DNA of 64,000 nt from Phoronis australis (lineage: Eukaryota > Animalia > Phoronida): positions 1-64,000 of the forward strand of contig NMRA01000789.1 in the NCBI GenBank assembly GCA_002633005.1, written 5' to 3'. Both the position numbers and the translations under genes were made by a program. Of this stretch, positions 1 through 13,365 are shown piece after piece (position 1 is the stretch's first letter; the number at the start of each line of letters is the position of its first letter). Under the pieces are notes generated by a model. The model was given only the letters and a program-made list of their open reading frames with translations. It was not told where the DNA came from and ran no database searches.

Positions 1-1368
1 ACAATAACAACCTACAAACATCCTGTTATTGTGTGACTAAGTACACAACAGTCTGTGGCCTGCATTTCGTTGACAGTGATTTCTCTGACGAATTCCGGCT
101 TACCAAACAACTATCCATACGTTCCATTGCATGTTCACGGCGCCTCTCTGGTATTTCTTGATCAGTGTATTCCGGTTCGAACTGATATAGCCTGTGAAAC
201 CTAACGATCCGACCCGTGAAGTCTTCGTCGGATGAGCTCTTGACTAAGTCGGGATTGGCGCCGGGCGAGTTGCCATGTAGACGTTTATTATTCTGCATTC
301 TGTTTCAAAATGAATTATTCTCATCCTAACCAATCCTTATATATAACTGAAACAAATTCTGTCTCATTAGATACAATATGTAATGCCTTTGCAATGAAAA
401 AACCACTGCTTTACCGGCTTTTGATGCCGGCAATAAAGGCAATTGACCGGGTACCGAGGCCGTGTGAGCGCATGCTAATTCAGTGTTTGCTGACAGAAAG
501 CTGTTGTGAAACAATTACTCGATTTTATAAGCTATGGTCACATGTTAGGGAATCTTTACTTAGAAATACAAATACATTATTCAAATCATTGTTACTGTAC
601 AACCTTTGCCCTGACAGTCTGTGGAAGGGGAACCCGACTTCGCGGCCCCCAACAAGTAAATAGATTTTCAGTTTCGTGGCTAATTCACGTAAATAATTAC
701 GTTCACATTATTTCTTTGGCTCATGATTATAGTATCGTGACTGGAGATTCCACCTCAAGCTGAGTCGTGCCAGTGCCGGCGGCCGCGACAGGCCTGATCA
801 GATGCGAGCCACTGTCCGGGATAACGGAGTCAGTCCGGCCGCGACGGGCCTGATCGGGTTGCGAGCCACTGCCCGGGATAAGCATTTTGTGTATTTAGAA
901 CTCAAAAAATTGCAAGTCTAATCAACACAGATCTAGGTTCTCTTGTCTGTATTTCACGGAAGAATACTTCGAATCTATCTCAGAACAGATCCCAAACTCT
1001 TGCTGCGGACCTTGGTAAATTGGCCTGCCGAACTTTGTAGGCTTTGGTGTATCCAAATACCAATAAATCCGTAACAGCGAAATAAAACAACACGTTTTTA
1101 TAAGAAATCGGTGTATTTTGAAGACTTTTACATAAAGTTTGATGATTTATTGGTGTTAAACGACGAATTCGAGATATAAGTTAACACCAGTAATCCGTGT
1201 TGTGAATGCTGAACAGACTGCGTTTGAAACCAATGACGTCATTGGATAATTTCAACATCTCCGTCAGCCGCCAGGTGTCAGGTAACGCAACCGAACGTGC
1301 CGTTATCTAGTAGAACTACTTGATCTAAATTGATACAAAATAGGTTGTTTTTTGAGTGGCATTCTCCT
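1..1368 (-). mobile_element. Putative Kolobok-like DNA transposon fragment, truncated by the window start, carrying a P2X7-C-terminal-like exon
   Basis: Minus-strand ORF 26-298 contains YQFEPEYTDQE...ERMDSCL followed by a gtaagc donor, resembling the 'YxFEP' N-terminus of P2X7-C-like proteins of Kolobok elements. The right end reads ...ATTCTCCT|TTAA (1369-1372), matching Kolobok-type termini and TTAA target. The left end is not visible. Confidence 0.4.
776..881. repeat. Two imperfect ~46-bp GC-rich direct repeats
   Basis: CGGCCGCGAC(A/G)GGCCTGATC..TGCGAGCCACTG(T/C)CCGGGATAA occurs at ~779-823 and ~836-880. Confidence 0.8.
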
Positions 1369-3917
1369 TTAATGGTGCAATTACGGGCATTAATTTGACT
1401 TGGACACAGCCTTTGACCTACCAGAGGTAACTGCTTGCCTTGAACAAGATGAGTGTGTGCTTGATCTATAAACCTGAGTTTTTTAATCGAAATATTTCTT
1501 TCGAAGATTGCAAAAGCGTAAACAGTGCTATTGACTCGACCTACTTTACTCGGGGAGTCCCTAGGGCAGTTGTGCCCTACGTTTCATTTGGCGGATTTTA
1601 GCAGACGACAGAATAAAAATATCGATGAATCTTCACTGATTTTGTTCGAAAGATCCTAAATACTATGGCATCGTACAGATAAATTGACTTCAAGGTACAT
1701 TTTCAGCTTTCCATGAACATATCGCATCAGTGGCCTTGTCATTTGTCAGGTGATGTGGTTTCTTCGGATTTTCGCTGGCTCCGAAATACTTTTGCTCGAA
1801 CACTTATTTTTTCATCGTCACCTTTGCAAATTCCCACATCATAAACGTAGGATTCTTTGCTGAAAAGCATCGCCTGTTGTCTTTGTCGAAGCGTTTTCGG
1901 GTATTGCAAAAAACACTCATCGATTCTACCAGGAACGTCGTTTAGCGACAGTGTATTTGCCTCTGACTTATTTGTTTGTCGGGTGTCACGTGACTTTTCG
2001 CAAGGAGACGACGGAGCTTGCGATAGGTCAATTCTGGGTTTAAATTAATTGGCAACTTTATGTGTTGGTTTGTTGTGATTTCGCCCAAATATTTATGGAT
2101 AAACAAAATTTCGCGTTCTCTGTTCAGATATAAGGCTATGCCCAGAGTGCATGTGCAGTACACGTCAAAAGTGTTCCCCGTCATGACGGCTGGCCGGAAG
2201 CCTAATTCTTCGTCAGAATAACCTTCCCTCAAGACCAAGGACGATGGGGGAATTAACAGGGAAGTTAGTAAGGTGGCTACGTATTTCTGTTATTAGAATT
2301 TTGCTGTCATTGTGGTTACTACCAGCTATTTCTGCTGTTATCGGAATTAGCTGTGATGGCGGGAAAACGGTATTTTGTCTGGTTACTTTTGTCCTGTACT
2401 GCGTGTAGATAAGTCAAGGGGTTCGTGGAGTTAGAGTGTTATTATAGATATAATAAAAAATCCTAGTTTTGCCCTTGATACCCATTTCTTTGGTGAACCC
2501 ATTTCTGTTGAATTTTAACAAATTTCTATAAGTAAGCCACTTATAAAAAGAATACGAAAATAACAAAAACGAGAACATGCTAGTTTAATGTAGCTCAGCG
2601 GCACGGTGGTCTGGAGGTAACATTACTGTCAATGCTTGCAGTTCCTCAAAACATTGTCTGATAGTAGCAATATCATACAAGTCATGACTGACAAAATCTA
2701 TTTTGAGTTACTTATCATAAATGGTGTACGAACTATTTTTCCCGTGAGAGCCTTAGTGTCCGAATTAATAGAGGCAAAACTGGCCGTACGAACTATTAGA
2801 GAAGAAAGTCAACGATAACAATGAATCCAACGACGGCCTCAGAGGCGGAGGTTTGGTAATGTGAATTATATTACAAGTAACAAATTATAATCCCGTGTGA
2901 TGGATTTACTTCAAAATATTTTCTTCAAACGGCTTCAGTACCTCCGCTTTCAGCGATGCCCTCTGCCGCACTTTGTTTCCTACTGCTGTGCGTTAGATAA
3001 AACATGTATTCGAAAAAACTTGACCAGAGAAATGTGGCGGTGATTTTGCCAACCCTCCCAATTCGATATAGGTGGGAATTCGTATAAAATTGCCCTCTGA
3101 CTCTGAACTTGACAGCTAATACTCGCAGTTCTACTCATGTCACGTGACTGTAACCATTACTTTAATCTATGGTGTAACCTCTGCAACACCAGAAGCTTGC
3201 AGGCGCACACTTCAGCACTTGTGTTGCTTCGTGAGAATAGTTGCAATCCTTGTGGAGCGCTGCATGGTCACTGGTCGTCTGCGCACTACAGTTGCCTGAA
3301 TCGGCTCTAACAAGACTGCGGGACCGCACGGTACTATTACTCCGTAATGTTGTTTAGTTATTCGTGAAGGTCTAATCTGAGGGCAACTAAACCTTTGTTT
3401 GTGAAAATCCGCTGTTGTGACATTTTTACCACCATTTGGCGACACACGGGAAAATCTTATTGTTGTTTCCACATTTGATGTCGCCAAAAATGGCGATCTG
3501 AAAAACGACTTTTCGAGCTCTATACTTGCGTAGTATAGCAAACCACGTATTCCGATTACCCCAATAGAACTGGCGCTTATTGATTTGTGTTCTTTTAGAA
3601 GAATACAAATTCCCATTTTACCTATCCAAAAAGCATGTACGAACTATTTTTCCTACGCAAATATATGTACGAACTATGTTTTCCTCGGACTCCCACTGCA
3701 CGAACCATTGGAGACAAACGCAACCGTTTCAAGGGCCGTGTACGAACTAGTAGAGAAAACACCGTACATATATAGGCCTATTACGTACATTATAACGTTA
3801 TACGGAAAACGAAGAATATTGTATCAAATTCGTGTGTATTTAACAGTTCGATTTTCTCCTTCCTGTCATCCATCACATCTCGACAGTTCATAAATAATGC
3901 ATATCTTGTACTTTTAG

Positions 3918-4115
3918 TTTTGTGAAGTTACTGATGACTGGGCCCACTACACACAAAAGCGTCTAGAAAACTGGGTTGCCAACAGAGAGCACCACGTGCG
4001 CGTTCTCGGAGAAAAAGTGTACAAAAACCAGCTTCACTTCTTCACCTTCACGCACAACTGCTACAAGAATGGAAATATCGGAGGATGCAAGATGATGGCG
4101 ACATTAAGCCCATGA
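3918..4115 (+). CDS. Terminal coding exon of a paralogous SAM-dependent methyltransferase; upstream exons are not in the window
   Basis: Acceptor cttttag|, then an open 198-nt frame FCEVTDDWAHYTQKRLENWVANREHHVRVLGEKVYKNQLHFFTFTHNCYKNGNIGGCKMMATLSP*. It is 56/65 aa identical to exon 26773-26970. Confidence 0.8.
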   Translation, partial: FCEVTDDWAHYTQKRLENWVANREHHVRVLGEKVYKNQLHFFTFTHNCYKNGNIGGCKMMATLSP

Positions 4116-5156
4116 TCATGCAGAACATTATCATTAATTCACGCGTGCCTTTAGGAGTGGTTGCAATGAACTACCTGTAGCGCAGATGTGACCCGAGGAT
4201 CACTCATATTGATAAAATGCCCACAGGCGTGTACTAAAAACTGCTGAAGGACCCCTATTGCGGGTGCCTGGTCTGCTAATTCTTACCCCTTTTTGCGGAG
4301 TAGATTTTTCAGCCTCACTTCAATGCAGCGGGCCTTTTGTGGTGACGAAATGGAAATTTAGGGACCTATTGGTCCCCTTGCGTGTCCTGTACCACTTGGT
4401 GAAAAAGTACCGCTTACCCGCAATTTTTGGTACACGCTTGCGAGCACCTTGTCAATATGAATGACCGCCCCCCCCACCCCGAGGATGAGACAATATTACC
4501 TCTTCCATAATAGATTCTTCATGTTATTTCAGTGTATTAGTAAGTCTTGAGCAATGGAAAATTAGAATGAGTTGGAAACTCGGCCCGTTTCACTACACTG
4601 TGTACTTCATCCATAGATCAGTACAATTCCCGCTGTTGTCCAATGAAGAGGCTTGTTCGTCAGGAAATCTGAACTAAGGTCTTCCTGTGTAGAGTAAAGG
4701 AATTACTGCATTAGCCATGACTTTACGGTCATAAAACACTGGCTAAAATAAGTTGTTATATCGTGCATTGAAACTGGTGATTTTTGGAACAGCTATAGGC
4801 CTAATACTAAGAGGTTTAAATCAAAAGCTGTTTCCGTCAAAAGGCGTAAGTTTATTGTCCCTTCAAATATATACCCCGGTATCAATCTCTTCCACTGTAA
4901 AGTATTCCCGTGCCTTTTTGTTCGGCATCCTGACAGCAGGACATTTACAAACCACGGCTCAATGGTTTACTAAAATCCTTCATCAATTGGTACGGAAGAA
5001 CCAAAACTAACGCATCTATTTTGGAAAATTTGCATCGTATTTTTTCAATTAAAATGAACCTAACTTATCTTTTTAAGAGGAGTACAATTCACCCAATTGT
5101 TCTAATATTGTTCCTTGCTCAGAGTAGAAGTGATTTCTAGGGTTGAAAAAACTTAT

Positions 5157-5340
5157 ACCGGAATTTACGTAGATAAGCCCATGGGCGTGTATTCGGAAAA
5201 TTGACGCTGAGTGGGCTTTTAAGAGGAAAATTGCCAAATAAACGTCCCCTGTCTGGACACTCGACACCACAAGTTGTAACACCAAATAATTTGGCATAAT
5301 TTTCCGAATAAACGCCCATGGGCGTTTCAACGTTATTGCA
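5157..5340. mobile_element. Small palindromic MITE-like insertion
   Basis: Inverted repeat GCCCATGGGCGT(G/T)TATTCGGAAAATT at ~5177-5203 and ~5298-5326. It is absent from the paralogous position near 31910. Confidence 0.55.
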
Positions 5341-6413
5341 TCAGACCAGGTTACTAAGTTGTTTATCACAGCGGGTTAGTTTCAGTCGCCAACGCAGTAT
5401 GGCCGTCAGGGGAATTTGTGTATGATTTATTGTAACCAACATCAGCAGGATACTTTGTACATGCAACTCTTTAGTATTCTCATCTCATAGCACAAAATTT
5501 TTATTACTGGTGTTAACAAGGATAATATCCTATATCTTTCATTACACGGACGCTTTGCTATTTCGCGAATACATATCACTGGTGAACCCGACATGCTTAC
5601 TTGTTTGTTGTGTCATGTCAACAATTTCGGTCGCTAAGCATTTATAAAAATACTAGAAAATATTCCATGCAAAACTGCAGAACGTGTCCACGAATGCCCT
5701 ATCACCACGTCGCTGCTATCGCCGGAAAATGAGCTGAGGATGACACGCTTCAATGCTGAATACGTCCAGCATGAGATCACGTCATTACTGTAATCCTCAC
5801 TGATTTGCCAAAATGCAATAAGGTCTAGCGACATTAAAGTGCAATCGTAGAACTAAACAAAAATCGAGTAAGCATCGTGTCTTGCAGTCCACCGAGTACA
5901 GCACACATCAACAACTGGCTTTTCTCTGTTTTATGTACTTCATTCAGAAGATGTTCTCACTTTGGAGTACTCATAAAAGTAAACAATAATTTTCACTTTG
6001 TCCAAAGCGCTTCTGATTTCCTGTATCAGCTGTGAACAGGCTATCACTATATTTAGGTAATGCCAGCAATAATGTGTGCATAGGGCAAAAATAGAGCGTT
6101 CGCTTATTGGATTGCCTGGACGCCAACGAACCTATCAAAGGTACCCATAATGCATCCTGCTACACGGTGTTTGCCCGTCATCCGCGCAACACCGCAAAAA
6201 CAGATTTCTAGCAACTCCTTTTCAATGTTATGGGCATGAACAAGGGCATGAATTCTTCATTGTTGGACGTAACCTCGTCAGCCATAGCATAATAGAATCA
6301 CTTAGCATCTTTCACTCCCTTTACAATATCGGCCTCGTGTAATTCTCCCGGGAAATTGTGAAAAACGAGGTTGTAGCATGTTCAATCATCGAGGAAAGAA
6401 TAGAGACGCATAC

Positions 6414-9400
6414 TAGTCCGGTCCCTTAGCAGCCAAAAACCCCAAAACATTTACACCCCGGATTAAAGCACCAAATTTGGTACACAGATACTTTGGGACA
6501 CGCTGAATCTCATGGGGGTCGGTTGCCCGAAATTTGAGGTCAAGGTCAAGGTCAAATCAAGGTCAAAGGTCATGTGGGTAATTTTTTTGAAATGGCTTCA
6601 GACGAAATATCTGTTTCATTACTGTTTCAGGTGATAAGCAGGAGGCTTTATTTTTGGTTAAAATTATTGTTAATAACTTGTACAAATAAGTTAAAAGTAA
6701 AAAAGTAATTTTCCAGACACTTAAGATGGTAATTATCCTAATTAATAGAGCATATATATTTTCAATGAAAAATAAGTCTATTTGTTTTCTCTGGCTGAGA
6801 AAAACTGTCAAACTAGTATGAATATGCATTAAATCAACTCTAAAATGTTTTACCTTTAACAGAAATTCATTTTTAAATGTTTTTGTTACAATATTTATGG
6901 TTAATTATGTAACAAATCGTCTCCGTAATTAAAGGAAATCGGACATCTTGCTAAATTTTCAAATAACAATTGCTGAAACTTTTATTATCATTTTTAATTT
7001 GATCATAGCTGAAGGTAACTTTGTTAATTAATGTGTTTACATTTTAGTTTGAACTTGATTGTCATATAAACTAAACCAATTAAAGTAATTTAGGTCATTT
7101 ATGGTTTCCAGTAGAATGAAATAAAAAAGTCAGGTTTTACTTGGTGTATCACAATAAGGTGAAGCCCTTGTTGCACTATACTTTAAAACAGGTCCAGGCA
7201 TAATGATTGTCTTGAGGAACATGTCCTATAAACCAATGTCTGTTTTTAAGGTTTGTGTCCATCCAGTTAGTTGTGTTGACAAATTATGTAACAAGTGAAG
7301 CTGACCCTTGCTCATCCAGACAACAGTACCCAAACAGGTGACCTCATGTCTGAGACTCGCATGATGTTGACCTCCAGTTCATTGCTCTTGTACTATTATA
7401 TTTTGATTGAGGTTTACTAATTTAGGTATGTACTTTTTTGAGTAACTATGTATATAAAAATATCCTAAATTGATTTAACTTATTGGAGATAATCATATCG
7501 CGTTTGGTGGTGATAGACCGACCCAAAAAACCTCGCCTCATTTTCGAATAGGTGGAAATTCCTGAGAAAACCACAAACCTTTGAGTAAAATGCGATTTCA
7601 CGCCTATACACATTTTCTGATGGCGTTAAGTTCCATTGCCAGACGTAATTTTCATGTTTATTGCCCCTACAGCCCTAATGGGTAATAGACTATTGAAATC
7701 GCTGATAAAAGCGTGTCAAGTTTATAGTCCCTGTAACCCCTGAGATTCTATCACGAATATTTCGCATTATGACTTTTGGTGGACTTAGCACATCTGAAGA
7801 CAAGAGCAGGGATTTCCTGTTTAAATCAGTACAGTAGCTATTCTCATAAATACAATGGAAGTTGTTTAATAAGGCATAATTTTTCCAACAGCCCTATTCC
7901 GATAAATAATATCTACAAAAATTACGCTTTAATTTCGCAGTAGATTCTTCACAAGGCCAAGTTGTTTGAGCAATGCCCTACTCCAGAGTCACCACTAGTA
8001 ATTGCCCGACAACCGATTGTTCTAAAACTTTATTGAAAGCAGTTGAGATAATGTACATTTTCTGAATAACAAGCCATAGGCACAATTAATAGAAATGTTT
8101 CGAAGACGGCTGGTTACCTGAGCTGAAACGATACATCAGCTCTCGTTAAATTACTATGACGTATTCATACTGCCTGCTTCAGGCCACATGCCTCAGTGGC
8201 TACAGTTGGTAGAGCTGATTCCTTTCTTCAAGCTTCGCACTTGACTCGAAAATGACATGCACATCTCTGGCAAAGTTTCAGGAAGAACCCTTTCTTATTT
8301 TGGGAAATGAAGGTGCAGTTTTCGACCAACATCTTTCTCCGGCTGGAAAAGTGATAACCAAACAAGAAGTCCAAAATTTGATTTCTGAAATGTGATTTTA
8401 CTGATCTTGATGTTCGTCCTTGCTCATAGTGAAGGCAACTTGCCACTGGGCATTGATGTCCTTGAATTTCTTGTGCTCTATTTCCTTGCTCTTGACCTTC
8501 AAAATTATGCAAGATGGATCCCTTTCCACATCCAAGACATGACAGCTCTATCAGCTAACGTATGACAACATCTGAAGAAACACTGGGTGTTTTCAAAGAC
8601 ACAGTAAAGATTCTGTGCTATTGCAATTGACCAAACAGATCAACAAAATAATGCCTTAGTTAAAGACAGTGATGGGGCTAGTGGATTAACTGAAAATCCA
8701 AACGCTTTGACAGGGTAGTGTTTGGGAGCGAGCTAGCCTAGTTGGTGACTGAGTTTGATTGTCAATACCGTTTTGAAGACAATAGTGAGGAGACACGCCA
8801 CCACAAAGACAAGACATCCTTCCAGAACAGCTTTAAAAGACATGTGAACAGTTTGTGTGGTGTAATTTCAGCCAAGAGAAACCCTTTCTTTGTCCATGGT
8901 GATAAACTTATGACGATAGATACGCTACAAGTCTTCAGATTATCGAAGTGACTGGAAAACAGCAATATGACAACTATAAGCAAACAGTCCTAATCGTAAA
9001 GTCACAACCAAAAAGACTCCTATAAAGAAAAAACACGTTTGCTGTTTTCAAAAAAGCTAGCGGGAAGGTAAAAAGAGCAACTCAGTAACGCATGGATGAC
9101 ATCAAGAAAGACTGCAGCTTAATCAGCTTTTCGTAGCTTGTCAATTTCTAGAAGCTAACCTGGATGATTTTCTTATGCATGAGAATCATTCTTGGCCACC
9201 ATCCCTGAACCAAAACGGTAGTCTCTGTTTACCTTCACAGAAGTCACAATTACTTAACATGTTGGAATTTCCCCATCCAGACGTTCCTGAATCCGTCGAT
9301 GTCAAAGTTTTTGATCGACCAACTATTGCGCACAGCTTTTCTACAAACGAATCAGTGACATTCGGACAGTTCGGTGGGCACATTCTAAACTTCACAACTG

Positions 9401-11136
9401 TAGTAGAGTTGACATTGTGTTTGCAGATGCTTACACCGAAGGCTGCTTGAAGGCCACCGCAAAAACTGATAGAGGTTCGGGTGACCTTGCCAAAGTTTCA
9501 CCCCAAATGCGACTGTCTGAACTTCCAGATTTTCTTGCAAATTTCGAAGAATAGAGACGGAGGAATTGTTTGACAATCGCCTGTTCTACAGAACAAGATA
9601 TATATGTTACCTACGGCCAGTCTGTTCTTTCTTCTGGTTTTGACATACCGCCGTGCGATCATGAGGAGTCGGACACCCCTATGGGCTTGTACATTGCAGA
9701 CGTTTCATCACAGGTAATCAGAGAATACTGGTTACTACAGTGGATACTGATGTTGTGGTCGTTCTTATTGGTGTTTTGATCACTTTATGGCTTTGCAGCC
9801 AGCAATTCTAGTACGGGTAGTGGTTAAAGCTGGAAAGAACGCGCGGGAGCTCGTTGCCAGTAGCGTGTTTGACCAGCTTGGGTACGATTTGTGTGTAGCT
9901 CTACCAGTTTCATGCCTTAACAGGGTCGGACACAACATCCCAGTTCTATGGAGAAGGAAAGAAAACAGCATGGAAGACATGGAAAGCTAACCCTGATGCT
10001 ACTCAGGCATTCTCATGCCGGCAATTTTAATTCCTTTCAGCAACTCACCATCGACAGTCAGGAGTTCAAAACAAATGACATTTACATGTCTCGTTTATCA
10101 TCGAAAAGCCAAAATTAGCCAAGTCAATACTTTACAAAAGGAGCTTTCCCCCAAAAGTTCAGATCATGCCAAATTTATCGCTTACCCAATCTCCACTCGG
10201 ATAAAGAATGTTAACAAATGCTTGTATCAAGCTGGCAGAGGGTCCAGAGGGGTTTGGATGGCAGAGAGACACAGACCAACAATGGACAATGAGGCTGGAC
10301 AGACATGCCTGAAGTCTCCAAAGCTGGTCAGCAGCTCATTAACTGTGGTTGCAAGAGCTTGCAACTACGCGGCAAGTGATGTGGATGTAATTTCTTAGCA
10401 TGCACAACGCTTAGCAAATGCCAGGGAACATGTCAGTGACATAGTTTGTTTTGGCGCAAAGGAAGAGATGATAGTGTTAATTAAATTATGTGAGCTACAG
10501 TGACAATTTGACATTAATCCGTTTTATTGTGTTGATATTAAAAGTAGTTGACAATCGTTTTATATTATGTAAACAGGAGCTAGAACAAGCATATCAACGT
10601 CATTTATCGAAGCTGGCCTCCGAGTTTTTGGTAGTCTGTTAAGTGCTATGCATACATTGGTCTCTTTATCATAACATCAACCAAATTTTCATAATAATTG
10701 TACAAATTAATGATAAATCTAGTTCATTTTTGGTAAGAGAACCTATTTGTTTTTGTATTATTAGTCTTGCACCAGATCAAAATACTGATGCTTTTGTAAA
10801 AATTGTAGTTGGTTAGTTAACTTTTGGCCGCCATATTGGATTTATGCAAATGAGGGGTTTTCATATTATAAGGAAAATATATTGCAATGCCATTTTGATA
10901 GAATTCTAGTTAAGAAAGTACCATTACATAGCCTTAAAATGTGTGATCACCTCTTTAAGCAACCAAAGAAGTGTTACTTGGCGGCCATTTTGTTTTTTCA
11001 AGATTTGACCTTGACCTTGACCTCAAAATTTGGGCAACCGACCCCCATGAGATTCAGCATGTCAAAAAGTACCAGTGTGCCAAATTTGGTGCTTTAATCC
11101 GAGGTGTAAACGTTTTCGGGTTAAGGGCCTGGACTA
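6414..11136 (+). mobile_element. Full-length decayed Academ (AcademX-type) DNA transposon
   Basis: TIRs of ~135-145 bp (6414-6558 and 11002-11136) begin TAGTCC and end GGACTA. A 3-bp TSD TAC lies at 6411-6413 and 11137-11139. The interior carries a broken transposase with XPG-like nuclease motifs. Confidence 0.85.
8100..10440 (+). pseudogene. Disrupted Academ transposase (transposase core, XPG/FEN-like nuclease, Cys-rich tail)
   Basis: Fragments across frames: NYARWIPFHIQDM (~8505), AIAIDQTDQQNNALVK..GASGLTENPNAL (~8617-8710), HENHSWPPSL..KSQLL (9178), HEESDT (~9660), DTDVVV (9743), FHALTGSDTTSQFYGEGKKTAWKTW (~9909-9982), and a Cys-rich end LINCGCK...C..C (~10335-10435). Many stops and frameshifts. 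Confidence 0.85.
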
Positions 11137-11374
11137 TACTTGCTGATAATAGTAACCACGTCTGCACGCCGCCTCGTTTGCGGTATCACCGGTAGCGTTG
11201 ATTTTACAATATTAATATTTGGGATAGGGGCCTCTAAATAAAACGAGCTTTATTCTTGTCATCTTTTGGTATCCTTTTCGATTTGCCCATTCACATTTTC
11301 ACTGGCCTAGGTCTACACGTACAAGAGCCATGCAATTTCACTTGAGAAAGACTCTTTTAGAAGGCGACAATATG

Positions 11375-11450
11375 CATGGGCGGCGTCACAATAGGGGGCT
11401 GGGGGGGGGGGCTATAGACCCTCACTTATTTCAGTGATGCGCTGCCCATG
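11375..11450. mobile_element. 76-bp MITE with 5-bp TSD
   Basis: TIR CATGGGCGGCGTCAC / GTGATGCGCTGCCCATG; TSD ATATG at 11370-11374 and 11451-11455. The paralogous site at ~34410-34425 is empty. Confidence 0.75.
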
Positions 11451-13232
11451 ATATGTACCATCACAATGTGACAGCATTTTCTGTCATACTCTACAAATAC
11501 AGTCATCTCTGGGCTACAATATGGGCCGCGTTCGACAATGTATGATGTGAACATATTGTTGCCCAGGCGACAATGTGCGTCGATACGACACATACTGAAG
11601 TACTCGGTACATATTGTCACTCACAATAGTGTCGAGTGCAACAACCCTGCCAACGCACTTCCACAACGCCTATGCTGGTCGCCAACAAGGTTGCACTTTC
11701 ACTCCCTCGCCTGTGAATTATTGGTGGGCGGGGGACAAGCCCCTTTCATATCCTATGTCCCTGCTTAGTGGGGGAGGTGTGGCACTACCACCAACTGCCT
11801 CTGTGGGACTGTTCCCTCGCATACTACGCCCATGGTTATATTTCGATGTTTTGACATAAAATGTTGGCTCAGCCCTTGTTAAGGAGAGACGGACAGCTCA
11901 GCTGGTAGCTCTCATCTTCCGTGGCTATTAGGCCGATGTGCCTATGTGCCAAACACTTGAAAAAAATCTTAAAACGAAAGCATTATCGAAAATACTTGCC
12001 CAGAGCCCAGTTATGGTGATGTCTGACACACAACTTTAAACATGTACAAATCTATGTAGCCAATGAAGACTTTGAATGGAACGTTTTATCAACTTAATAA
12101 TGACTTTAATTCTAATACAGATATTAATGACCATTCAACAAAACAAAGAATAACATTTATCTCAAACAAAACAATTTTATATTTTTTGACACACAGTACG
12201 TTAATTCTATACTTATTTCAGGCAAAATAAGTGAAAATTTTCTACTTTTCAAAGTCTGATTACGACAAATAATGAACAATTTACCAAACGTTTATGACAT
12301 TTACACAGTACAAATCATGCTAACAATAAATTAATCATAAAAACATTTCTTAATCTTCATTTTTGTGGAGAACTTTGACAAAATACATTTTCACATGTCA
12401 ACCATATTGTGGTAAATAAGTGAAGATTTGTCGTACTCTGTACAAAGGTGATAAATTCAACATAAATAAACAACCAAGGGAAAAACAGTTTCAATTCACC
12501 AAACAAAACACAGCATGTCTTAAAGTCCCAAGTGTTAGTTACGTGGACTTTCATTGGTGAGTTGGTGTCAAACCGAAATTAGTTTTACACCAGCAGGTCA
12601 ACCTCTTTTTAGGCTACTATTTCTTGGTTGTTAAAGCAAAGACGTGAACACTTTACTGTTACAGGTGAAATGATCATAACCTCATTTTCATCTTAAAGTT
12701 GGCATGAACCCGCCTTCACCGTTACTCACTCTTGATTACAGCTGGGAGTAATATATTGGTCCCAGCTTACAGTCACAAAACCAGACAACATGTGTTGCCA
12801 AGTTTAGAGTACGAGCAGACACACGTGAGAACAGGTTTCTTAACAGTCTGATTGGTCCATGTGAATCTGTTGTATGTGTTCAATCTTTAATGGTCACTAG
12901 AGGCTTGCTTTCTCTCATAGACGTATAGACAGATTCCATTACGGAAATTGCCGAATGCCTGGGGAGCGCCATATTGAGGTCACGCCATTAATGCCATGTC
13001 AGATAAACACTGGAGTGAGTAGTCTGTCTGTAAAGCAAACCATCCCAGCTGCTGTGTCTGCTTGTGTTGTTTATTTGGAAGCAGATCAGCAGATTTGAAA
13101 TCATTGATATTCCTGGTAAATGTTGATTTTTTTCATGCAATACATTTGACAGAAGAAATATTTGTAAATTACTAGATGTATACAATTACATAAATGTCAA
13201 TAATAAAGTTAAAATTGTTGGACTGATATATA

Positions 13233-13365
13233 NNNNNNNNNNNNNNNNNNNNNNNNNNNNNNNNNNNNNNNNNNNNNNNNNNNNNNNNNNNNNNNNNNNN
13301 NNNNNNNNNNNNNNNNNNNNNNNNNNNNNNNNNNNNNNNNNNNNNNNNNNNNNNNNNNNNNNNNN
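13233..13365. other. Assembly gap (133 N); single Ns also at 28169, 32337, 34405, 40959, 59395
   Basis: Run of N characters. Confidence 0.99.
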
